Source: Bacilli bacterium (GTDB taxonomy: Bacteria; Bacillota_I; Bacilli_A; RF39; UBA660). Taken from it: a DNA stretch of 53,850 nt. The notes under the pieces were generated by a model. That model worked only from the letters and a program-made list of their open reading frames with translations, ran no database searches and was not told the DNA's origin. This document shows, piece by piece, positions 45,818 to 53,416 of the stretch. Every line of letters begins with the position of its first letter. Within the stretch, counting starts at the first letter, position 1. The stretch lies in NCBI GenBank assembly GCA_028699175.1, contig JAQVVC010000001.1, positions 1 to 53,850 of the forward strand, written 5' to 3'. Made by a program: the position numbers and the translations under genes.

Positions 45818-47393
45818 GTTAGTGTAAAGAGTTTTTGGGATTTTTAGAAGGATTCATTAAAAATATAATTGTATTTTAAAATTAATAACGAAAGTTGTTA
45901 ATTTTTTAGTATTTATAAGATAAAGCAATTGTTGGTAACTTTGGAAGTTTTGGTTTAGTATCTTTATGATACATATCAAAGATACTATAATTAATATTTT
46001 CTAAATCAATAATAATTTGTTCTTTATTATTGTGGTTGTTTAAATATAATTTTTTTAAATTGTAATTATTTTTATATAACATACGATGTTCCATTAGTTT
46101 GTCTATCATTTTTAAAGAATAAGCTTTAGGCCTTGAAGTAAATAGATCAGCTATATTATGCGAAATATTAGATTCCATACAACATCTTAAGTTATTGTTA
46201 TAAGAATTAAGAATGTATTGCCAATTATTAAGAATATATGTTTCCTTTTCCAAGATGGTTTTTTGTCGATGAGGATAACTTATTATTAAATTAGTGCACA
46301 GTTCTTTAAAAGTTTGTTTATCATCATTTAAAATATAGGTAGTAGCGTTATATTCTAAAAGTTCATTTTGACATATGTGATGCAGTGCCTGTTTGAAATG
46401 GAATTTATCAAGTCCAAAAATAACATTGGTATTAGTGGTAAATTTAAAATAATTTTTAATATTTTTAATCCATCCAGCACCATCACCCATATAATATATA
46501 TTTTTAATTTTATCTGTATTATATACTTTGTATATGTAATCTAGAACATTATCAACAATAGAACCACTATAGTTAGAAAATATCATTTTATTAATTAGTT
46601 TAATTCGATTACCATCATTGTTGATTTTATCGAAAACTACAATTGACTTTATAATTGCATCTTTCTTATTATTGCGTTGGGTATGAATAAATTTTTCATC
46701 AGCCATGATGTAGATACTATCTACATCATTAATCGGTTCACATTTAGGAATTGGCATAACGCTTTTTAGAATGATATTACGTACTATTTGCCTAGATAAT
46801 AAACAATCCTTTGATAAGTTTATTCTATTACCAATCATTTCAGAAATAAGACTACCGGTCTTTTGAAATGAATATTTAGTAGAATAATCAATCACCAATG
46901 CTTTAATGTAAGGATCAAAATAATCGTACTTATTAAGACCTAGAAACCAATCTAAATAACAAAATGAGCCTTTATTATGCTTGTCTGAATAGAATGTTCT
47001 TTTAAATGTTATTTCTCCAAAGATGGTCATAAGTGATCTTGTATGATGGGCTTTAATATGATACTTTCTTTTCCTGTCATAAGAGTTTCGATATCCTCTG
47101 TCTATGGCTTCAAATATAGTTATTAAGCTTTCTTTAGCAATTTTACATAAAGACTTGTCCAGTGATGAAAGAAGATTAATATAATTGAATACAGTGGGAT
47201 TGCTATCTATTTTATTCAATTCTTGTTCAAGGTTATTAGAAAAGTTTGAAATAATCATATTTTTTAATACATTTATATAATTGTTTGGTATAATATTCAT
47301 ATGGAAGACCTCCTAAAATATTGTTTTACAATTATATTTTAACATGAAGGTCTTCCTTTTGTATGTGTAATCCCAAAACTATTTTACACAATC
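45818..47393 (-). mobile_element. 1576-bp insertion sequence with imperfect terminal inverted repeats and 8-bp target-site duplication
   Basis: Left end GTTAGTGTAAAGAGTTTTTGGGATT. The reverse complement of the right end is GATTGTGTAAAATAGTTTTGGGATT. AACTGTAT is duplicated at 45810-45817 and 47394-47401. Confidence 0.85.
45906..47300 (-). CDS. IS transposase (possibly ISLre2/UPF0236-like)
   Basis: 464-aa single ORF filling the IS, with SD GGAGG upstream on the minus strand. The family guess rests on size and Firmicute context only. Confidence 0.7.
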   Translation of the reverse strand: MNIIPNNYINVLKNMIISNFSNNLEQELNKIDSNPTVFNYINLLSSLDKSLCKIAKESLITIFEAIDRGYRNSYDRKRKYHIKAHHTRSLMTIFGEITFKRTFYSDKHNKGSFCYLDWFLGLNKYDYFDPYIKALVIDYSTKYSFQKTGSLISEMIGNRINLSKDCLLSRQIVRNIILKSVMPIPKCEPINDVDSIYIMADEKFIHTQRNNKKDAIIKSIVVFDKINNDGNRIKLINKMIFSNYSGSIVDNVLDYIYKVYNTDKIKNIYYMGDGAGWIKNIKNYFKFTTNTNVIFGLDKFHFKQALHHICQNELLEYNATTYILNDDKQTFKELCTNLIISYPHRQKTILEKETYILNNWQYILNSYNNNLRCCMESNISHNIADLFTSRPKAYSLKMIDKLMEHRMLYKNNYNLKKLYLNNHNNKEQIIIDLENINYSIFDMYHKDTKPKLPKLPTIALSYKY

Positions 47394-47409
47394 AACTGTA
47401 TAAAGAGTA

Positions 47410-47438
47410 TTGACAAATATCCAAAAAACAGTTATCAT
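47410..47438 (+). promoter_or_regulatory. sigma-A type promoter of the peptide-modification cluster
   Basis: TTGACA (47410-15), 17-nt spacer, TATCAT (47433-38). Lies 9 bp from the IS target duplication. Confidence 0.6.
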
Positions 47439-47446
47439 ATCACTAA

Positions 47447-47521
47447 ATTTGGGAGTTGTCCCCAAATCTAATGATACAACAAGAAGTTATTGGGGATTCT
47501 AATTTTAGAATCTCCTTTTTT
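47447..47521 (+). promoter_or_regulatory. leader with three mutually exclusive hairpins ending in an intrinsic terminator (attenuator candidate)
   Basis: tttggg (47448-53) / cccaaa (47461-66). ccccaa (47460-65) / ttgggg (47490-95). Terminator ggggattcta (47492-501) / tagaatctcc (47506-15) plus T-run. Confidence 0.5.
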
Positions 47522-47568
47522 AAAAAAAAGATAAAATATATAAGTTTATAAATTTATAGGGGGAATTT

Positions 47569-49569
47569 ATGGAACAAGAAAAAATTACAGTAGTAATACC
47601 AATGTATAATAGTAAAGATTATATAGAACGTTGTTTAAACTCGATTTGTAATCAAACTTATAAAAATTTAGAAATAATAGTTATTGATGACGGAAGCCAA
47701 GATAAAAGTAAAAGTATAGTAGAGGAATTTCAGCAAAAAGATTCTAGAATAAAATATTTTTATCAAGAAAATCAAGGACCTGGTGTAGCGAGAAATGTCG
47801 GAATAGAAAAAGGAACTGGAAAATATATTTCGTTTATTGATAGTGATGATGAAATAAGAGAAAACTTTTTTGAAATTTTATCTAACACAATACAAGAAAA
47901 TGATAGTTTTGCATTAACTGGTGGATATATGATTTTTCCTGATGGTACATTTCAAAAATCATTTTTAACAAATGAAACTGAAACAAGAAATTTTAAAGTA
48001 CCTATATCTTGTAATAAACTATTTAATTTTGAATTAATAAGAGAAAAAAATTTAAGATTTAAAAGTTTATATTATGCTGAAGACATAGACTTCTGGGGCA
48101 GACTTTTAATGATAAATGATAAGTTTTCTATAGCAAATGATTATTTATATTTGTGTTATTTTAGAGAAGATTCTTTAACAAGAAGTTATACCGAAAAAGA
48201 TACTATTTATCAAATTTTTCAAGTTATTTCAAATATAGAAGATAGTGCAAAAATAAACAATAAGTATGAAAGTTTAAAAGAAAACTTTGAATTCTTGAAT
48301 ATAAAAGAAGTTTTAATTAGAGCAATGAAACAAATTAGTCAGCTTTCAGATTTTGGAGAATATGATGTTATTAAAATGTTATCATATGTCGAAGATAAAT
48401 ATCCTAATTGGTATTACAATAAATACATAAAATTATCATTTGATAAATACAGAAAAAAGAGACTAGAGCTATTGTTTAAAAAAGACTATAAGGGGATAAT
48501 CAATTATCTTCGCCAAATGAATTCAGGTCATGTAATAAAAACAGATGAAGAAATGCTTGCAGAAAACATAGTAGATCATTCTATTTCAGTTGAAAAAGAT
48601 CAAATAATTCAAATAAGATATAAAAGCACAGAATGTAATCCTTTAGTAGTCCAATTAATCAGAGAAATACAAAATCGAGGAGCGGTAGCTATTCCCAGAT
48701 TACAAGATTTAGACTTAGAAAGAGTCGCAAGGGAAACCTATGATAGTGCAGCTATGCAACAGTTAGCTGAAATAATTACCAAAGAAGCAGATTTTTATAG
48801 TTCATATATATCTATAGGTTATAGTGAAAATGATTATGATTTTTCAAGAAATAATGAAAATCCTGCTTTTAGATTGTTGATTAGTTATTTAACTGAATAT
48901 AACAAAATTGTAAGAAGCAAAAAAAGTGTTAGTGTATTTTATCCGTCTCCATTAGATGCACATAAAGCAAAAATGACTACCGAAGATTATAAAAAATATG
49001 CATTTTCGATTATGAATTATGATTATAAAAGTTTAAAAGTAAAGATGGAGCATTTAAAAGAAATGATGGATAAAACATCTCAAGTAGCAATAATAGGTAA
49101 AGATACAGACTTAACTTTTTCAAAAAAAGATATTCCATCTATTATTTTATCTGGAGAAGTAAATATCCCCGATGGAGAAGTTTATACATCTCCTATAAAA
49201 GATAGTGTAAATGGAACTATAAGGTTTAATGTTGCTACTAAATATATGGGCAATATATTTGAAAGTATATTATTAGAATTTAAAAATGGGAAAGTCGTAG
49301 ATTTTGATTGTAGTGACCCTAATGAATTAAGAAATATATTGGATATAGATAAAGGAAGTAGATTTATAGGTGAGTTTGCATTAGGAGTCCATCCACTTAT
49401 ATTATATCCAATAATTAATACATTGCATGATGAAAAAATTTATGGAAGTTTTCATTTAGCATTAGGTCAAGCATATAGAAATGCTTATAATGGAAATGAC
49501 TCAAATGTGCATTGGGATTTAATAAATATTCAAAGAGATGATTTTGATACAGGCAAAATTTTTCTTTGA
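47569..49569 (+). CDS. fusion protein: family-2 glycosyltransferase (N-terminal) plus M29 (AmpS/PepS-type) aminopeptidase (C-terminal); the 3' tail is frameshifted
   Basis: GT2: ITVVIPMYNSKDYIERCLNSICNQTYKNLEIIVIDDGSQD and IDSDDE. M29: NIPDGEVYTSP, GEFALG, HLALG and NVHWDL. The conserved tail FFDDILIRENGEFV... continues in another frame at 49562-49666. Confidence 0.75.
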   Translation: MEQEKITVVIPMYNSKDYIERCLNSICNQTYKNLEIIVIDDGSQDKSKSIVEEFQQKDSRIKYFYQENQGPGVARNVGIEKGTGKYISFIDSDDEIRENFFEILSNTIQENDSFALTGGYMIFPDGTFQKSFLTNETETRNFKVPISCNKLFNFELIREKNLRFKSLYYAEDIDFWGRLLMINDKFSIANDYLYLCYFREDSLTRSYTEKDTIYQIFQVISNIEDSAKINNKYESLKENFEFLNIKEVLIRAMKQISQLSDFGEYDVIKMLSYVEDKYPNWYYNKYIKLSFDKYRKKRLELLFKKDYKGIINYLRQMNSGHVIKTDEEMLAENIVDHSISVEKDQIIQIRYKSTECNPLVVQLIREIQNRGAVAIPRLQDLDLERVARETYDSAAMQQLAEIITKEADFYSSYISIGYSENDYDFSRNNENPAFRLLISYLTEYNKIVRSKKSVSVFYPSPLDAHKAKMTTEDYKKYAFSIMNYDYKSLKVKMEHLKEMMDKTSQVAIIGKDTDLTFSKKDIPSIILSGEVNIPDGEVYTSPIKDSVNGTIRFNVATKYMGNIFESILLEFKNGKVVDFDCSDPNELRNILDIDKGSRFIGEFALGVHPLILYPIINTLHDEKIYGSFHLALGQAYRNAYNGNDSNVHWDLINIQRDDFDTGKIFL

Positions 49570-49667
49570 TGATATTTTAATTCGAGAAAACGGAGAATTT
49601 GTTCCTGATAATTTAAAAACTCTAAATGATGAACGAGCAAGAATATTAACAAAAAGGAGAAGATAGT

Positions 49668-50774
49668 ATGGAAAGAGTGCCGTCACTAATTGTTTTAAAT
49701 CTCACATCTGACTGCAATTTAAGATGTAAATATTGTTACGCTTCGGCTGGGACATTTAAAGAATATATGACATCTGAATGTGCGATAGAAATAATAAGAC
49801 AAGTAGCAAAATACAACAATACAATTGAATTGTTATTTCATGGAGGAGAACCGTTATTGGTCTTTGATGTAATCAAAGAGGTCATAGATTATTGTAAAAA
49901 CAATCTGAAAAGTAAAGAAATAAGATATTATATACAGACTAATGGAGTGTTATTAACTGCAGAAAAAGCCAAGTATTTGATAGATGAAAACGTAGAAATC
50001 TGTTTGAGTATTGATGGACATACTGAAACAAGTAATCAATGCAGAATTTATCCTGCTGGGCAATCAAGTTTAAAAATGTTGAAAAATCGAATTGATTTAT
50101 TAAAAAGTATGAATTATAATACAACTGTTTTAGCAGTATTAAATAAGAAAAATAAGAACGAAATAGAAGATTTTATAGATTTTTTAATAAATAATAAAAT
50201 ATTTAATTTTTCTTTAAATTATTTTATAAAAGGAGGAAGAGGGAATGAAAACAGTGATCTCGCTTTAAGCCCTGTAGAGTTATATGAAGTAACAAAGAAT
50301 GTAATATCAAAGATTTTGAGCTATCACGAAAAAAACATAAAAGTAGTTGAAAGAAATATTTCTCATCTTTTAAGGAACATATTTACAGAAAAAAAAGGCT
50401 ATATGTGTATGAATAGCCCGTGTGGTGCTGGGAACCATTTATTAGGATATACACCAAATGGTGATATATATCCCTGCGATGATTTAAGTTCTGTTGAGCA
50501 ATTTAAAATAGGTAATATTTTTGATGGAGATATTAAAGATATATTAAAAGATAACGATGTAATTAATTTTTTTAATTATTGTTCTTATGAAAATATTCCT
50601 AAATGTTGTGATTGTAAAATTAAAAATAAATGTGGTGCTGGATGTGCTTCGAGAAAATTTTATGAAAATGGGACAATCTATGAAGTGGATCCAATTTGTG
50701 AATTTTATAAATTAATAGTACCATATATTGAAAATTTAATGATCGAAAACCCATCAATAAAGGAATTAGTATAA
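49668..50774 (+). CDS. radical SAM enzyme with SPASM domain (peptide maturase 1)
   Basis: CNLRCKYCYA (CxxxCxxC), FHGGEPLL, and auxiliary-cluster cysteines YMCMNSPCGAG, YPCD and CCDCKIKNKCGAGCASR. Confidence 0.85.
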   Translation: MERVPSLIVLNLTSDCNLRCKYCYASAGTFKEYMTSECAIEIIRQVAKYNNTIELLFHGGEPLLVFDVIKEVIDYCKNNLKSKEIRYYIQTNGVLLTAEKAKYLIDENVEICLSIDGHTETSNQCRIYPAGQSSLKMLKNRIDLLKSMNYNTTVLAVLNKKNKNEIEDFIDFLINNKIFNFSLNYFIKGGRGNENSDLALSPVELYEVTKNVISKILSYHEKNIKVVERNISHLLRNIFTEKKGYMCMNSPCGAGNHLLGYTPNGDIYPCDDLSSVEQFKIGNIFDGDIKDILKDNDVINFFNYCSYENIPKCCDCKIKNKCGAGCASRKFYENGTIYEVDPICEFYKLIVPYIENLMIENPSIKELV

Positions 50775-50775
50775 A

Positions 50776-51462
50776 ATGAAAACTACAGTAATTAGAAGAA
50801 TAATGAAAAATCAAACTAACATAATTAACAACTTGTTAAAAAACAACAACAAAATAATTTTTATAAAATCTATACCTCAAACAGGAAAATCAACAATATT
50901 AAAAAAATTATTTGATATGAATCATGAAGAGATAAAATTATTTATAACTGGATGTGATCCTAAAAACATGTCTTTAATTAATGATGAAATATTAGCAGAA
51001 ATTGAAAGTTGTCTAATCAAAAATAAAGAAAAAAATATTACGATTTATTTTGATGAATATTATAATGATGAAATATTATATTATTTGCAAACTAATAAAC
51101 ACAAAAATATAAAGGTATTTATAACTACAAACAAAATAATAAAAAAAATGAATTTTAATTATGGAATAATAGATATATATAAAGATATTTTTAACGAAAT
51201 AGATAAATATATGCTTGAAGAATATAATATTAATATTGAGGACAAATTATCAAAAAGAAAAATATCGGTAACTGAATTGATTAAAATAGCAGGTTGGCTT
51301 GATAAAAACGCTAATTTAAATTACAATATTAATGAAATTTTAAATATATTGAAAGATGAATTAGATGAATTAGAAAAAGCTAGATTTTTACCAACAACAA
51401 CAGCAATATTATGTATACATAAATATTTTAGAACTTTTAAAACGTTTGATTTTGAAGATTAG
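50776..51462 (+). CDS. small P-loop-like protein of unknown function
   Basis: Deviant Walker A SIPQTGKSTILKKL and Walker B-like ITIYFDEYY. Abuts the upstream stop. Confidence 0.5.
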   Translation: MKTTVIRRIMKNQTNIINNLLKNNNKIIFIKSIPQTGKSTILKKLFDMNHEEIKLFITGCDPKNMSLINDEILAEIESCLIKNKEKNITIYFDEYYNDEILYYLQTNKHKNIKVFITTNKIIKKMNFNYGIIDIYKDIFNEIDKYMLEEYNINIEDKLSKRKISVTELIKIAGWLDKNANLNYNINEILNILKDELDELEKARFLPTTTAILCIHKYFRTFKTFDFED

Positions 51463-51477
51463 TAAGGAGATTTTATT

Positions 51478-52785
51478 ATGGATTTATCACTTATAGTAGA
51501 AAAAGGAATAGACATTTTGATTAATAAAAACACAGGGAAATGGATAGCTATAAAAAATAATGAAGAACAAGATTTAAAAATTATAAAAAAAATCAGCCGA
51601 GAATTATTAATAGATAAATTCGGGAACAAATTTGGTACATATTTATGGAGCAAAAGAATTGAAATGTCAGAAAAAATTGAAGACAAGTTTTGTCATCAAA
51701 TGAATTGCTTAGTTATAAATGTTACTGATAGCTGTAATTTAAAATGCCAATATTGTTATGCTAACAATGAAAATAAAATTAAAATGATTGATTCTGAAAC
51801 CATAATTAAAGCCGTAGAAAAATTTTCTGAAAGAATATATCCAAATAATTTAACTGTTATTTTTCATGGTGGAGAGCCTTTGCTTGCTTTTGAAAAAATT
51901 AAAGAAGCAGTAGAGAATCTTAAACATATTAAAAATGTCGTTTACTCTTTACAAACGAACGGAACTTTACTAACTCAGGAAAAATTAATTTTTTTCAAAA
52001 AAAATAAATTTTTAATAGGGTTAAGTATAGATGGAATCAGTGATGAAAACAATTCACTAAGAAATATAGACGGAAAGATAAAAGATTATACAAATAAAAA
52101 TTTGGAAATTCTAAAAAATAATAAATCATTTGTAAAGCCTCTTATTGTAGTACATAAAAAAAATATTAACAATATAAAAGAAATAGTAAACTTTTTTAAA
52201 AATAATGATTTCGATGGACTCGTATGTAACTTATTGTTTGAACCAGAAAATTTTGACAATTGTGTTTTAGATGATTCATTATTTGATAACATGAGATATA
52301 TTCTTGATTTAATGATGGAAAATTATGATGGAGAAAATTTTGCGTTTTCTGAACGAGACATCAGATTGTTATTTAGAAAAGTAATATATGGATTTATAGA
52401 TGAATATATGTGTATGAATAGTCCATGTGGTGCAGGAAAAGAAACAGTTGCAGTAGACTACAAAGGGGATGTATGGGCTTGCAATGTTTTGATTTCAAAA
52501 ACAGAAAAGGATAACTACATGGGCAATATATTTGAAAATTCAATTAATGAAATTTTAAGTAAAGAAGTAAAAATTTCCAAAAGAAATATTGATTCAATTC
52601 CTATATGTAATGAGTGTCCATATAAAAAATTATGTGGTGGTGGTGGATGTTGTGGTTTTGTTACTAATCAAAGAAATAATTTGAAAGATAAAAGTATATA
52701 TTGTGACTACCATTTTAAGCTTATAACATATATGATAGATAGTGTTATGAGATATTACGAAAGTGATATTATAACAAATTTTTAA
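51478..52785 (+). CDS. radical SAM enzyme with SPASM domain and ~75-aa N-terminal extension (peptide maturase 2, possible RRE)
   Basis: CNLKCQYCYA, FHGGEPLL, YMCMNSPCGAG, WACN and CNECPYKKLCGGGGCCGF. A paralogue of the enzyme at 49668-50774. Confidence 0.85.
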   Translation: MDLSLIVEKGIDILINKNTGKWIAIKNNEEQDLKIIKKISRELLIDKFGNKFGTYLWSKRIEMSEKIEDKFCHQMNCLVINVTDSCNLKCQYCYANNENKIKMIDSETIIKAVEKFSERIYPNNLTVIFHGGEPLLAFEKIKEAVENLKHIKNVVYSLQTNGTLLTQEKLIFFKKNKFLIGLSIDGISDENNSLRNIDGKIKDYTNKNLEILKNNKSFVKPLIVVHKKNINNIKEIVNFFKNNDFDGLVCNLLFEPENFDNCVLDDSLFDNMRYILDLMMENYDGENFAFSERDIRLLFRKVIYGFIDEYMCMNSPCGAGKETVAVDYKGDVWACNVLISKTEKDNYMGNIFENSINEILSKEVKISKRNIDSIPICNECPYKKLCGGGGCCGFVTNQRNNLKDKSIYCDYHFKLITYMIDSVMRYYESDIITNF

Positions 52786-52800
52786 AGGAGGTGAAAAATA

Positions 52801-52923
52801 ATGACTAAGGACAAAAAATATGATGCAATCATGAAGAAATTAGCTACAAAAAGAGCAAAAGTAAATGTACCTACTTATGACAGTAAGGTAATGATGGCTC
52901 ATTGGAGCAATGGTTACAATTAA
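52801..52923 (+). CDS. 40-aa candidate RiPP precursor peptide (not in the ORF track)
   Basis: ATG 52801 lies about 9 nt after AAAGGAGGTG. MTKDKKYDAIMKKLATKRAKVNVPTYDSKVMMAHWSNGYN, TAA at 52921-23, with a terminator immediately after. No Cys; Lys-rich N-terminal half and aromatic C-terminus. Confidence 0.65.
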   Translation: MTKDKKYDAIMKKLATKRAKVNVPTYDSKVMMAHWSNGYN

Positions 52924-52924
52924 G

Positions 52925-52952
52925 AAAAAAGCTACTAATTGTAGCTTTTTTT
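52925..52952 (+). terminator. intrinsic terminator after the precursor gene
   Basis: aaaaaagctac-taatt-gtagctttttt. Confidence 0.75.
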
Positions 52953-52976
52953 GTATATTGTTTGTGGTTAATATGT

Positions 52977-53402
52977 TTATAAATCACAAATTTTTTCAAT
53001 TGAGATATTAAATTTTTTAGCAATTAAGAGTATATATTTTGTTAGAATTAGTACCTTACCATTTAGAAAAGCAGAAATTGTTGATTGTGTTGTATTCAAT
53101 TGCTTAGCTAATTTAATTTGTGTTAAATTATTATCATTGCATATTTTTTTTATGTTTTTACCTATTATAATTTTATCAAGTTCTTTAATTTGATTTTTAT
53201 TTTGAATAGGAGATAAGCCAGCTAAATAATCCATTGAGATATTATAAAACTTTGCTAATAAAAGTAATTTCTTTAGTGGTATTGTTTCTAGTCCGTTTTC
53301 CCATTTACTATAATTCGCTTGTTGAGTATTTATAATATTAGCAATATATTCTTGTGTATAATTATTTTTAATCCTTATCGCTTTTAATCTTTTAAAGTTC
53401 AT
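52977..53402 (-). CDS. XRE-family regulator with two tandem HTH domains
   Basis: Two Cro/C1-type units: LKAIRIKNNYTQEYIANIINTQQANYSKWENG and NIKKICNDNNLTQIKLAKQLNTTQSTISAFLNG. Confidence 0.8.
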   Translation of the reverse strand: MNFKRLKAIRIKNNYTQEYIANIINTQQANYSKWENGLETIPLKKLLLLAKFYNISMDYLAGLSPIQNKNQIKELDKIIIGKNIKKICNDNNLTQIKLAKQLNTTQSTISAFLNGKVLILTKYILLIAKKFNISIEKICDL

Positions 53403-53416
53403 ATAATTATACCTCT

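Noticed and set aside
17172-52292. Other antisense ORFs in the track (17172-17387, 20761-20964, 26272-26556, 28615-28803, 34976-35203, 37321-37668, 40160-40384, 42110-42415, 43266-43490, 43586-43810, 44578-44832, 49939-50124, 50620-50814, 51459-51686, 52086-52292)
   Set aside because: Each is embedded opposite a well-supported gene with clear family motifs. None has a convincing SD, and their compositions are typical of reverse-frame translation of AT-rich coding DNA.
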